64,000 nucleotides of DNA from an uncultured Syntrophobacteraceae bacterium (GCA_964404195.1 CAYOJC010000002.1:38886-102885), one strand, 5' to 3'; shown: positions 48,780 to 58,750, numbered from the stretch's first letter. Program-made: numbers and translations. Notes: generated by a model from the sequence alone, not told the origin.

Positions 48780-49523
48780 TTAGGTATAGAGACGGCCCTT
48801 CATGGGATCGGGGAGCGTAAGACCCATTTTCACAATCAGGGCATCGATCTCATCCTTATATTGCTGGCGCGCCACCGCATTCTGCCGCCGCTTCAAGCCC
48901 CAGTGCATGTAGCGCTCGGAACGGTAAGATTTCGAATTGCCGAACATGTCGAGGCCTTTGACGTACCAGAAATCCACCGCCCTTTGAATCCGTTCTTTGT
49001 ACTCGCCGCCTTTTGCCGCAAACTCCGCCGACAGGTTGGTGCCGAAGTCGACGTGCCCTTCTTCCTCCCGGATAATGTCGGGGTCCTCGACGACGCGGGC
49101 AAGCGGCAGGTAGGTGCAGTCCAGGAATTCCTCGAGCTGAAAACGGCCCACGCGGTCGACCAAGAAACCGAAAACGGCATAATCTTCCCACGTCGTGATC
49201 TGGCCGCGAAAGGCTTCGACGTATCGCTCTTGATTGGGCCGGCTGAGCGTATAGGAAACATCGACCCCGACGTCGCCGGCGAGCTTGGCCATTTTTCTGA
49301 AATGGTCCATCTCCTCGGCCGCCGTTCGGGCGACGATCAACTGATCCAGTTTCGTCGGCGCATTGGGCAAGATGTCCTTGACGTAGAGATTCGGCCCGCC
49401 GATCTCGCAATCCGCTTGAATGGCCAGGACGCGCCGTATCAGGTCCTGGTATTCGGGGTCCGTCTTCTCGAAATCTTTAACCTCGACCTTGTCCGTGAAC
49501 ATCGTAGCTACCTCCGCGTCCAA
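48780..49523 (-). CDS. PaaA/PaaC-family ferritin-like diiron oxygenase subunit (phenylacetic acid catabolic protein family)
   Basis: Alignable by eye to E. coli PaaA (AEEMDHFRKMAKLAGDVG vs QDEAGHGLYLYSAAETLG; EEEGHVDFG vs EESFHQRQG; MGLTLPDP vs LGMTVPDP). It is shorter, at 247 aa. Confidence 0.6.
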   Translation of the reverse strand: MDAEVATMFTDKVEVKDFEKTDPEYQDLIRRVLAIQADCEIGGPNLYVKDILPNAPTKLDQLIVARTAAEEMDHFRKMAKLAGDVGVDVSYTLSRPNQERYVEAFRGQITTWEDYAVFGFLVDRVGRFQLEEFLDCTYLPLARVVEDPDIIREEEGHVDFGTNLSAEFAAKGGEYKERIQRAVDFWYVKGLDMFGNSKSYRSERYMHWGLKRRQNAVARQQYKDEIDALIVKMGLTLPDPMKGRLYT

Positions 49524-49603
49524 GATTTTCTAACGATCGTTCTAAAAAGTCCTTAACATAAAGAGCAGCGCGAAATCAATAGCCTTGCACAAGCTTCTCT
49601 TTA

Positions 49604-49624
49604 CTTAGTGTGACTTTGACACTA
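49604..49624. promoter_or_regulatory. palindromic operator candidate TTAGTGT-N7-ACACTAA upstream of pncB
   Basis: Perfect 7-bp inverted arms about 40 nt upstream of the likely GTG start of the nicotinate phosphoribosyltransferase gene. Confidence 0.35.
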
Positions 49625-49660
49625 AACTTGGTTTTATCCGCATCGAAACGAGACGCCGCC

Positions 49661-51049
49661 GTGGAACATTGCCCCGACCTCGCCCTGCTCACCGACCTCT
49701 ACCAGCTCACGATGGCGCAGAGTTATCTCCAGAGCGGCAGGCTCGAGCCCGCGACCTTCAGCCTATTCGTCCGCGCCTATCCGCCCAACCGCGGCTACTT
49801 CGTCGCCGCGGGCTTGAAAGACGTGCTCGATTTTCTCGAAGGCTTTTCTTTCAGCCGCGAAGCGATCGACTATCTCCATTCCACCGGCCTGTTCGCCTCC
49901 AACTTTCTCGACTACCTGCGGCAGCTCCGCTTCACCGGAGAAGTCTGGGCGGTTCCCGAGGGCCGTATCTTTTTCAAGGATGAGCCGATTCTCGAGATCA
50001 CCGCGCCGATCGTCGAGGCGCAAATCGCGGAGACCTTCGCCATCAACCAGATCCATCTTCAGTCTTTGATCGCGACCAAGGCGTCGCGCTGCGTTCACGC
50101 CGCCCGCGGCCGGAGAATCGTGGATTTCTCGCTGCGGCGGACGCACGGAATCGACGCGGGCGTCAAGGTCGCGCGCGCGAGTTACCTCGCCGGCTTTGCC
50201 GGCACCAGCAACGTTCTCGCCGGAAAGAAGTACGGCATCCCCGTGGTCGGAACGATGGCCCATTCTTTCGTTTCGAGCTTCGAGCGCGAGATCGAGGCTT
50301 TCCGCGCGTTCGTTAAAAGCTTTCCGGAGAACTCGATTTTGCTGATCGACACCTACGACACGATCGCAGGCGCGCGCAAAGCGGTGGAGGTCGCGCGCGA
50401 GATGGCGGCGCGCGGCGGGAAGCTCCGCGGCGTCCGCATCGACAGCGGCGATCTCGCCGCGCTCGCGCACGCGGTCCGAAAAATATTCGACGAAGCGGGA
50501 TTCCGCGACGTGAAAATCATCGGCAGCGGCGGCCTGGACGAATACGATCTGGCCGGGTTCTCCGACGCCGGCGTCCCCTACGACAGCTACGGAGTCGGCA
50601 CCCGGATGGGCGTTTCCGCCGATCAGCCATGGCTGGACATGGCTTACAAGCTCGTGCAGCAGAACGGCAGGCCGGTGCTGAAACTCAGCTCGGGCAAGTC
50701 CTACTACCCGGGACGGAAACAGATCTTTCGCCTGCAGGACGGCGGCCGCAAGCTCAAGAAAGACGTGCTCGCGCTCCGCGACGAGACGCTCCCCGGCGGC
50801 GAGCCGCTGCTCGAAAAAGTAATGAAAGACGGGAAGACGCCGGGCGCCTATCCTTCGCTGAATGATATTCGCGCGCGGTTTCTCGCGGAGTTTGAGCGGC
50901 TCGACGAAAAATTCCGGGCGATTCGCGATCCCGCGGTGTATCCCGTTGAAATCAGCCCCCGGCTCATGCGCCTGAACGAAGAGGCCTCCCGCCGGATAAC
51001 GCAAGCCGAGCTCCAACCCGGCGTCCGGCGCGCGTCGGGCCAAGGCTGA
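49661..51049 (+). CDS. pncB: nicotinate phosphoribosyltransferase (NAPRTase family)
   Basis: N-terminus LLTDLYQLTMAQSYL, plus SGGL and RIDSGD motifs. Start probably the GTG at 49661 (VEHCPDLALLTDLYQ) rather than 49610. Confidence 0.85.
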   Translation: MEHCPDLALLTDLYQLTMAQSYLQSGRLEPATFSLFVRAYPPNRGYFVAAGLKDVLDFLEGFSFSREAIDYLHSTGLFASNFLDYLRQLRFTGEVWAVPEGRIFFKDEPILEITAPIVEAQIAETFAINQIHLQSLIATKASRCVHAARGRRIVDFSLRRTHGIDAGVKVARASYLAGFAGTSNVLAGKKYGIPVVGTMAHSFVSSFEREIEAFRAFVKSFPENSILLIDTYDTIAGARKAVEVAREMAARGGKLRGVRIDSGDLAALAHAVRKIFDEAGFRDVKIIGSGGLDEYDLAGFSDAGVPYDSYGVGTRMGVSADQPWLDMAYKLVQQNGRPVLKLSSGKSYYPGRKQIFRLQDGGRKLKKDVLALRDETLPGGEPLLEKVMKDGKTPGAYPSLNDIRARFLAEFERLDEKFRAIRDPAVYPVEISPRLMRLNEEASRRITQAELQPGVRRASGQG

Positions 51050-51069
51050 GCGAGTCCGAGCCCGTTCCC

Positions 51070-52104
51070 TTGACAGTCCGCAGCGGGCACTATAGGACTC
51101 GCACTGTGAAGCGCACCGTTGCGAGCTGCGGGATTTTGGCCCTGTCGCTGCTCGCTTTCAGTTCACCCTCGATCGCCCAGGGAAAGCCGGAGAAGGAACG
51201 CATTCGCATCGGTTACGCCGCGCGCGCCGTGGTGCACTCGATTCCTTACGTGACCAAAGAGGCGGGATTTTTCCGCGAGGAAGGACTTCAGGTGGAAGTT
51301 GTGAGAACGGCCGGCAACGTCGCGCCGATGACGCTCGTTTCGGGCGACGTGGAGTTTTCCATCATGTCGGCGTTTCTGCTCCTGCCGGCGGCGGTCCAGG
51401 AGCGTGACCTTGTGATGCTGGCCGGCTTCACGCGCTATGCCTCGATGTATTTGGTCGCGCGGCCGGAAATTTCGACCGCGAACGATCTCCGAGGGAAAAT
51501 CGTCGGCCTGCAGCGTCCCGGCGACGCCTACGAAAAAAACGCCCGCGTCGCGCTGCGCCACCTGGGACTCGACCCGGACAAGGACGTGAAATTTCTTTAT
51601 CTCGGAAGCAACGAAGTGATGTGGACATCGCTGAACGCACGCCGGGTCGGCGCCACGATGCTGACGCCGCCGAGCACGCTGTTCGCGCGTAAAAGCGGTA
51701 TGAATTTTCTCGTCAATCTCTCGGATCTAAAGATCGAGTACCAGGGATCGAGCCTGACCGCGCGAAGATCGTTCCTCAAAGAAAATCCAAACGTCGCGCT
51801 CCGCGCGGTGCGCGCCATAGTCCGCGGAATTCACTTTTTCAAAACGCGAAAAGAAGAGACTCTGCGCATCCTGGCGAAATTTTTCGGCACCACCGACCGG
51901 GATGCGCTCGAAGAATCGTGGAACTATGCTTCCGACGTGCCGACTAAACCTTACGCCTCCGAAAGCGCGGTCCAAGCGGTCATCAACCACCTGGTCGAGT
52001 TGAATTCGCGCATCGGCCAGCGCAAGGCCGCCGAGTTTATCGACTCGGGCCCGCTCGCGGAATTGGATCGGGCCGGCTACATCGATCGGCTTTACGCAAA
52101 ATAA
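51070..52104 (+). CDS. ABC transporter substrate-binding protein, NMT1/THI5-like (nitrate/sulfonate/bicarbonate family)
   Basis: 344 aa with a signal peptide. No cognate permease or ATPase is nearby. Confidence 0.65.
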   Translation: MTVRSGHYRTRTVKRTVASCGILALSLLAFSSPSIAQGKPEKERIRIGYAARAVVHSIPYVTKEAGFFREEGLQVEVVRTAGNVAPMTLVSGDVEFSIMSAFLLLPAAVQERDLVMLAGFTRYASMYLVARPEISTANDLRGKIVGLQRPGDAYEKNARVALRHLGLDPDKDVKFLYLGSNEVMWTSLNARRVGATMLTPPSTLFARKSGMNFLVNLSDLKIEYQGSSLTARRSFLKENPNVALRAVRAIVRGIHFFKTRKEETLRILAKFFGTTDRDALEESWNYASDVPTKPYASESAVQAVINHLVELNSRIGQRKAAEFIDSGPLAELDRAGYIDRLYAK

Positions 52105-52141
52105 TAAAAGAAAGGGTCGCAAACTAAGCGCGCCAACAACT

Positions 52142-53329
52142 ATGCCATTCGCCAAACTCGATCTTTCACCCAAAGTGCTCGAAGGCGTTCGCGCCGCGGG
52201 CTACACCGATCCTACTCCGATCCAGCTTCGCGCCATCCCGATCGTCATGGAGGGACGCGACCTCATCGGCTGCGCGCAGACCGGCACCGGGAAGACCGCC
52301 GCCTTTGCGCTGCCGATACTCTCCCGACTCGGGCAGCACGGCGCGCTGCGCTCGCTCGTGCTCGAGCCCACGCGCGAGCTTGCGGCGCAGGTCGAGACCG
52401 CCATCCGCGATTACGGCCGCTTCACCAACCTGCGCACCACGGTCGTCTTCGGCGGCACCGGCTACGGCCGGCAAGACGAGACGCTCAGGAAAGGCGTGGA
52501 CATCCTCGTCGCGACGCCGGGCCGCTTGCTCGATCAGATGCAGCGCGGCATGATTCGGCTCGACAAGATCGAGATCCTCGTCCTGGACGAAGCGGACCGC
52601 ATGCTCGATATGGGTTTTATGCCCGACGTGCGCCGCATTCTCGAGCGCTGCCCGCGCACGCGCCAGACGATGCTGTTTTCCGCGACGATCCCGCCCGAGA
52701 TCGAGCAGCTTTGCAAGTGGGCAATGCGAACTCCCGAGACCATCGAGATCGGACAGCGCCGCGCGCCCGCCGAGACCGTGACGCACGCGCTCTATCCCGT
52801 CGCCAGCGATCAGAAGCAGGATCTCCTGGAGGAGCTTTTACGGCGCACCGAATACAACCAGGTGCTGATCTTCTGCCGCACCAAGGACCGCGCCGACCGC
52901 GTCGCGCGCAAGCTCAACCAGGAAGGCCATGCCGTCGCCGTGCTGCACTCCAACCGCACGCAGCGCGAGCGCGAGCAGGCGTTGAACGGTTTTCGCAACG
53001 GCCGTTATGAAGTCATGGTCGCCACCGACATCGCCGCGCGCGGCATCGACGTCGAGCAGATCAGCCACGTCATCAACTTCGACGTGCCGCACCATCCCGA
53101 GGACTACGTCCACCGCATCGGCCGCACGGGCCGCGCGCTCGCCGCGGGCGACGCCTTCACCATCGTGATCGCCGAAGACCTGCAAGATATCGCCGCCATC
53201 GAGCACTTCATCGGCCAGAAGATTCCCCGCGTCAAGCTCGAAGGATTTCCTTACAAGTACACGCGCCTGCTCGAAGCGGCCCCGCCGCCGCCCTTCGGCG
53301 CACGCTCCCGCCGCAAAAGCCGGTGGTAG
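52142..53329 (+). CDS. DEAD-box ATP-dependent RNA helicase (RhlE-like)
   Basis: Q motif, AQTGTGKT, DEAD, SAT and HRIGRTGR motifs. Confidence 0.95.
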   Translation: MPFAKLDLSPKVLEGVRAAGYTDPTPIQLRAIPIVMEGRDLIGCAQTGTGKTAAFALPILSRLGQHGALRSLVLEPTRELAAQVETAIRDYGRFTNLRTTVVFGGTGYGRQDETLRKGVDILVATPGRLLDQMQRGMIRLDKIEILVLDEADRMLDMGFMPDVRRILERCPRTRQTMLFSATIPPEIEQLCKWAMRTPETIEIGQRRAPAETVTHALYPVASDQKQDLLEELLRRTEYNQVLIFCRTKDRADRVARKLNQEGHAVAVLHSNRTQREREQALNGFRNGRYEVMVATDIAARGIDVEQISHVINFDVPHHPEDYVHRIGRTGRALAAGDAFTIVIAEDLQDIAAIEHFIGQKIPRVKLEGFPYKYTRLLEAAPPPPFGARSRRKSRW

Positions 53330-53424
53330 ACAAGCCGCCTGCTCGATCGGAATAGCCGTCCAATTTCTCGCCGCTACTTGCGGCGACAATTTCAATGATA
53401 TTGGATTGAGGGAAGTACGCGATC

Positions 53425-53640
53425 ATGAATCACGTCGTCGTCAAGACGTTAAAGCAAACGAAGCGACTGATCGTCATCGTCGTTGGCTTCACCGTCCTTG
53501 CGATCGGGATCGCGATGATCGCCTTGCCCGGCCCGGCCTTTATCGTCATTCCGCTCGGCCTGGCTATTCTCGAGAGCGAATTTGTCTGGGCCAGGCGGCT
53601 GCTCAGTAAAATAAAAAGTAAAATTTCGAATGCAAAATAA
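53425..53640 (+). CDS. PGPGW-motif small transmembrane protein
   Basis: 71 aa, containing LPGPAFIVIPLGLAILESEF. Confidence 0.55.
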   Translation: MNHVVVKTLKQTKRLIVIVVGFTVLAIGIAMIALPGPAFIVIPLGLAILESEFVWARRLLSKIKSKISNAK

Positions 53641-53695
53641 CGAAGACGGGAACCGGCGCCGCGATGATGCGGATTGATTGAGACCTGAGATATTC

Positions 53696-53896
53696 GACCA
53701 TTAATAATAAAAAATGTCAGGGTCTCCGTAAGATGCCTTGTTACCTGAGATACTTGTGCCGATAATGGTACTGTAGCCGGCTTCAAGGAGCCCGCCACCG
53801 ATGAGGGCCGTATTTTTCGTGACCGTGCCGCCCGAGAGGTACAGATACCCCGGGTTATAGTTAAGAATGCCGCCGCCCAGTCCACCATAGAAATAG
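53696..53896 (-). pseudogene. orphan C-terminal fragment of a Pmp-like beta-helix repeat protein
   Basis: Reverse-strand reading is *TYTYFYGGLGGGILNYNPGYLYLSGGTVTKNTALIGGGLLEAGYSTIIGTSISGNKASYGDPDIFYY*. It shows the same GGG..N...L..N.TI.GN repeat as the protein at 56466-57845, but starts immediately after a stop with no start codon. Confidence 0.5.
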
Positions 53897-53940
53897 GTGT
53901 ACGTTTAGCTGCCATAGCGGCAAGTATGGCTGGAAATAAT

Positions 53941-56358
53941 TCATGCAAGCTCCTTATTTTCCAACGCCACTACCACCCTTCCAGTTTTGGTTTTGAAGTT
54001 TCGAGTCTCACGCACCGGCCATTCCCGGTCTTTCAGCGCCTGCGCGACGCGCTCCATCACGCCCAGCCAATCGTCGAGCGCGGTCTGGCGGAAAAGGCGC
54101 ATCGTCGGATACCACGGCGTGGTCTCGCCCTCCAAACCCCAGCGCCAATCCACCACCTCGCTCAGCAGCGTCCAGACCGGTTTACCCAAAGCGCCGGCGA
54201 CGTGCGCGACCGAAGTATCGACGCTGATGACTAAATCCAACTGCTCGACGATCACGGCCAGATCGCCGAAGTCGCCGAGCTTGGGATCGAGATCCTGCAC
54301 CTGAAGCTCGGTCGGAAGATCGGCCAAATCCCGCGCGCGTTCTCCTTTCTGCAAGCCGTAGAACGCGATGCCCGGAGTTTGGAGAACCGGCAGAAATTCT
54401 TTCAATGAAACGGAGCGATGACGATCGTTGCGATGCGTCGCGCTGCCGGCCCAGACGATGCCGACCTTGGGACAAGACGACTCGGGAAGGACGAGCGCCG
54501 GATTATCTTTGCGCCGGCGGATGGCCGAGACATCGATGTACGGCGTATCGGCCGGAATATTTTCTCGCGTCGCGCCGAAAATACGCGGCAGGCTAAGCAG
54601 CGGGATATGGGCGTCGAATTCCGCGACGCCGGTCTGTCCCGGCGCGCGGATCTGCGCGATGCCGGGGATAGCGGCGAAGATCGGCGTCAAATCGGCGGTG
54701 CACACCAGGACGAGCTTGCCGCAGCGCGCGGCGGCCTGCGGAATGTAGCGCGCGAACTGAATCGCGTCGCCCGCGCCCTGCTCGGTATGGACGAGCAGCG
54801 TCTTCTCCGGGATCGGAGTGCCGTCCCATTTGGGATGCGGACAGCGGAACGGAGTGAACTGTCCCGTGTGCCAGCGCCACTCGTATTCGACAAGTCCGCG
54901 CGCGTAATCGCCGACCAGCAGCAGATTCATGCCGAGATTAAAATGGGCTTGAGCATAATTCGGCTGCAGCTCGATCGCGCGCTCGTAATAGGGAATCGCC
55001 TTGTGCGGCTGCCGCTGCCGGCTGATGATGTATCCCAGACCGTTGTATGCCTCGGCGCGCTCGGGCTCGGCCTGAACGACTTTCTCCAGGCAGGCGGCCG
55101 CCTCCTCGCACTGCTCCGCGTCGCCGAGCGCGATGCCCAAATTATAGAGCGCGTTGGGAAACTCGGGTTGGATGGCGACGCAACGCCTGTAGGCGGCGAT
55201 CGCCTCGTCGAGCTTTCCTTTCCGGTAAAACTCGTTGCCGCGCTGGAAATGAAAACCCGGCGAGCGCGCCAGCTCTTCTTCGGTCGGCAGAATAACCTGC
55301 GCCAGCGCTTCGTCCGGCAGCACGTAGGATTGCGCGAGCCGCGGGTCGTTCCATTCCAACACCTCGGGAAAACGGATTCCTTGCAGCGCCTGGACGGCGA
55401 AGATCTCCTGCACGCCGGCCTCGAAGCGGAGAAAGCCGACGGTTTGCCCGGTTTCGATATTGACGACCCAGACTCCGCACGTGCGCTCGCGCAGCCGCTG
55501 GACCAAAGGGATGCCGCTGAAGACCGCGCTCTCGCGCACCTGCGAGAGGCCGATGAAGGCGAGCGGCCCGACGAAGTCTATTCCGCGGGTGAAACCCGGC
55601 ACTTGCGCCACCGTGCGCCACGAGTGCCGCTCGAGATCCACCTCGGCCAAACTTCCCTCGCCGGATTCCAGCACCCACAACTTATCTCGATACCAGCGCG
55701 GCGAGTGCGGCATCGAGAGACCGCGCAGCAAAATCTCGTTCGTCTCGATATCCATCAACAGGCCGCCTCTGGCCTTGTTCGCGCGCCAGCCGCCGGGCGT
55801 GTCGGTCTCGCCCAGAGCGGTGACGTATTTCGGGCGGCCATCGACCATCGCGAGGCCGTTCAAGTGGCAGCGGTCCTCGGGCGCGAGGCCGCTCAAGAAC
55901 GGCGGGCGCCAGCGGGGATAAAAGCTGTGGTCCCGGTCGAGCGTGCAGAGACAGCAGAAACGGGTGTTGACGATCCACAACTCGTTGTCGCGGTCCCAGG
56001 CGAGCTCGTGGATGTCGATGTCGCCGGTCACGTGAATACGCCGGGGAATATAGCAGCCGTCGTGCTTGCCGGGCGGCTCGAGCTTCACGGCCACCGCGGG
56101 CATGTTGCGGTATTCCCAAACCGTATTCGAGCCGCCGATCGTCAGGCGCGAGTGATCGGCGGCGATGCCCATCGGCTTGGCGAACGTGCGGAAATGGGTG
56201 TTGATCGTGCCGTTGTCGTTGCGGACGACGATCGCTTTGCCGGCCTGGTAGGTGGAAACGACGAGACTGATTCCGAGCCGGTCCAAGAGAGCGGGAAGAT
56301 TCGCGGTGTGTACGCTGCGCAACTCAGCGTCGGGAGACAATGGCGGGGCTTCAGACAT
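53941..56358 (-). CDS. three-part fusion protein: N-terminal TIGR03032-like domain, central TPR repeats, C-terminal GT9 glycosyltransferase
   Basis: 805 aa. Residues about 1-330 form a conserved uncharacterised domain (CGVWVVNIETGQ), followed by TPR repeats (AEAYNGLGYI..., AQAHFNLGMNL). The C-terminus has GT9 blocks (KVGIVWAGS...DTSVAHVAGALGKPVWTLL). Confidence 0.7.
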   Translation of the reverse strand: MSEAPPLSPDAELRSVHTANLPALLDRLGISLVVSTYQAGKAIVVRNDNGTINTHFRTFAKPMGIAADHSRLTIGGSNTVWEYRNMPAVAVKLEPPGKHDGCYIPRRIHVTGDIDIHELAWDRDNELWIVNTRFCCLCTLDRDHSFYPRWRPPFLSGLAPEDRCHLNGLAMVDGRPKYVTALGETDTPGGWRANKARGGLLMDIETNEILLRGLSMPHSPRWYRDKLWVLESGEGSLAEVDLERHSWRTVAQVPGFTRGIDFVGPLAFIGLSQVRESAVFSGIPLVQRLRERTCGVWVVNIETGQTVGFLRFEAGVQEIFAVQALQGIRFPEVLEWNDPRLAQSYVLPDEALAQVILPTEEELARSPGFHFQRGNEFYRKGKLDEAIAAYRRCVAIQPEFPNALYNLGIALGDAEQCEEAAACLEKVVQAEPERAEAYNGLGYIISRQRQPHKAIPYYERAIELQPNYAQAHFNLGMNLLLVGDYARGLVEYEWRWHTGQFTPFRCPHPKWDGTPIPEKTLLVHTEQGAGDAIQFARYIPQAAARCGKLVLVCTADLTPIFAAIPGIAQIRAPGQTGVAEFDAHIPLLSLPRIFGATRENIPADTPYIDVSAIRRRKDNPALVLPESSCPKVGIVWAGSATHRNDRHRSVSLKEFLPVLQTPGIAFYGLQKGERARDLADLPTELQVQDLDPKLGDFGDLAVIVEQLDLVISVDTSVAHVAGALGKPVWTLLSEVVDWRWGLEGETTPWYPTMRLFRQTALDDWLGVMERVAQALKDREWPVRETRNFKTKTGRVVVALENKELA

Positions 56359-56465
56359 AGCGCTACGAATCTGCGCTACATAATCTCTAGTGTAAGAGTC
56401 GTTGTCAAATGCTCACATTACCGGTGGTTTGAAAGGAAAATGCCAGAAAAAACGCACCGGCGAAA

Positions 56466-57845
56466 TTACGGCTCTTTTTCGAAAGAACCGATGTCGCAGA
56501 GTGTCCCCTGCGGCCGCAACACGCCGCGCTGGTCGCCTGCGGGACAGTCGCCATCGGCCGGCGCCGCGTCGATCGCCGGACTGCCGGTAACAAGCGCATG
56601 CGTCTGCGTCGGGCCGCCGTTGGCGGCGAGAGGCACCAGGATAGCGCTGATGAACACGCCCGATCCTGGAACGATGTCGCTGGCTCCCGGCGAAAAACCG
56701 CGGACACCGTCGTAGTTGTTGGTGCCGAAGAGATTGTAATTGTCCCTCGTCACCGTGCCGGAGAAGCGGTCGATCTCGCGGCCGAAGAACGCCTGATTGC
56801 CGGATATGAGACTGCGCTTAAGCGTAAGATCGCGCGCGGTGAATATTCCGCCGCCGTCGCCGGCGTTGTTTCTCGCGATCGTGCTGTTGGAAACAGTCAG
56901 CGTCGCCCGGTTGTAAACCCCGCCGCCTACCGCTGCTTTATTGCCGGATATGGTGCTGTTCTCGACCAGCGTCTCGCTCGACCGATCGTAGATGCCGCCG
57001 CCATAGCCGAAAAATCCCGTCTTGTTGCCGGATATCGTGCTGTAAGTGATCGTGGCGGCGCTGTCGCGATTATGCATTCCGGCGCCGTCGCGGCCGGAAG
57101 TATTTTTGGAAATCGTGCTGTACGCGATGTCGAGGGTACCTGCATATTCGTAAATGCCGCCGCCGTCGACGATCGCCTTGTTGCCGGTGATCGTGCTGTT
57201 GGTGATGCTGACGGCGCCGCTGTAATCGTACACTCCGCCGCCGTAGCCGGCTGTATTCTTCGAAACGGTGCTGCCGTCGATGTTGAGGACGGCGGCCGCG
57301 CCATTGAATACGCCACCACCCAAGTTGGCTTTGCTCCCGGTGATGGTGCTGTCGTTGATGGTGAGAGTGCCGTAGTTAAATATCGCGCCGCCATGATTCT
57401 GCGACCCGCCGCTCACGGTCACATTCGACAGGGTGAGATCCCCGGAACTTTCCACCGCAATCAGACGAAACGACGCGCCTTTTTTACCGGCGATCTTGCC
57501 GCCGTTTCCCTCAATGGTGATTTCGCTTGTAATGGTCGGCAACCCTGTGGCGCCAAAATAGTTGGTGAACTTGTTTGTGACCGTATGCTTGCTCGCCGCC
57601 GGCAGTTGAATGACGTCGGCGCCGCTGCCCGCCACGCAGTCGGAGTGAGTCGCCGCGTCATCGTTCGCATTGATGATCGCCTCGATCAGCGAGCATTGCC
57701 CGTCCGACTTGATCTTTGGAACATTGGTGTCAACGGTGATCGTCGCCGCGTGACCTACTCCATGTCCCAATGCAAGCAACAACGCCGCTCCGGCCAACGT
57801 GCGCGCGAGTTTGTGTTGCAGAGCGATTCCATTGCCACGCTGCAT
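56466..57845 (-). CDS. secreted polymorphic-outer-membrane-protein-like beta-helix repeat protein with N-terminal CSLREA-type domain
   Basis: Start trimmed to MQRGNGIALQHKLARTLAGAALLLALGHGVGHA (signal peptide). CSLIEAIINAN motif, then about 10 Pmp-type repeats (GGAIFNYGTLTINDSTITGSKANLGGGVFN...). C-terminal CPAGDQRG...CDIGSFE. Confidence 0.7.
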   Translation of the reverse strand: MQRGNGIALQHKLARTLAGAALLLALGHGVGHAATITVDTNVPKIKSDGQCSLIEAIINANDDAATHSDCVAGSGADVIQLPAASKHTVTNKFTNYFGATGLPTITSEITIEGNGGKIAGKKGASFRLIAVESSGDLTLSNVTVSGGSQNHGGAIFNYGTLTINDSTITGSKANLGGGVFNGAAAVLNIDGSTVSKNTAGYGGGVYDYSGAVSITNSTITGNKAIVDGGGIYEYAGTLDIAYSTISKNTSGRDGAGMHNRDSAATITYSTISGNKTGFFGYGGGIYDRSSETLVENSTISGNKAAVGGGVYNRATLTVSNSTIARNNAGDGGGIFTARDLTLKRSLISGNQAFFGREIDRFSGTVTRDNYNLFGTNNYDGVRGFSPGASDIVPGSGVFISAILVPLAANGGPTQTHALVTGSPAIDAAPADGDCPAGDQRGVLRPQGTLCDIGSFEKEP

Positions 57846-58438
57846 CCACTCCGGCAAAACCGCCGCCAGTTCTGGCGAGCGCGCCAGTTGACGCTGCAGC
57901 GCGCGGCGAGCGCCACGCGGCAACTCGCGCAACTCGGCGTAGCAAAGCGCGAAGCGCGGGAACAGCTCGTTTGCGGCGTGGGTGAGCGCCTCCGCTAAAG
58001 ACGAATTTTCCGCCGCTTGCGAGACCTGCGAGTCCCACGCAGCGAGTACCGTCTCGTCTGGCGGAAGTGACAATGGTCTGAAATAGTTCATGGGTGCCCC
58101 CTAATATCTAGCGAATCCGACCTTCTGCGTCAGGTTGGGAAACAATGAGACCGGTACGAGTGGGCCAAAAGGCAGGTATCGACGCGTGGATGTTGCACAC
58201 GCTACATGGGACATAATGGTAAAACCCCAAAAACGTAAACGGGCAGCACTCGGTTAGACGCGGATCTCAGAAAAAGGTTTACAGACGCGAAAATACGGAG
58301 GGTTTGTTGAGAAGTCGAGCCGCCCTACGCAGTCTGCATATGGACTTAACCTTCGCCGGGTATTCACCGCATTGAACAACCCGTGCCGGGAAATTAGGAT
58401 ACCGATCGTCCTTTTCTTAAGACTCCACTCTAGGGCAT

Positions 58439-58660
58439 CTAATTTTTGATCAGTATTTTACAAACCCCTGTCCTGCCCGCATGCCCTACGGCGTCGAGCG
58501 CTCCACTCAGCGGATAAATCTTTTCGATCATCGGCGTGACGGCGATTTTTTTCTGCGCGAGCGCGTCGAGTGCCGGAGGAAAGACGCCGCAGCGGGAGCC
58601 GATGACGGTGATCTCGTTGACGACAAGCGGCGAGAGCGGAGAATTCTTTAGCCGCCTCAA
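58439..58660 (-). pseudogene. duplicated 3' fragment (about 73 codons) of the Zn-dependent alcohol dehydrogenase gene
   Basis: ...VVNEITVIGSRCGVFPPALDALAQKKIAVTPMIEKIYPLSGALDAVGHAGRTGVCKILIKN parallels the C-terminus of 59224-60177. Positions 58524-58620 are 97/97 identical to 59309-59405. Confidence 0.8.
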
Positions 58661-58750
58661 CCCGATCCTGTCGGACGGCTGATGGAGGGGACAGCCATTT
58701 CATCATTTAAGCGCTACCCCGAGCTTGTTCCCAAATTGAGAACGGGGTAG

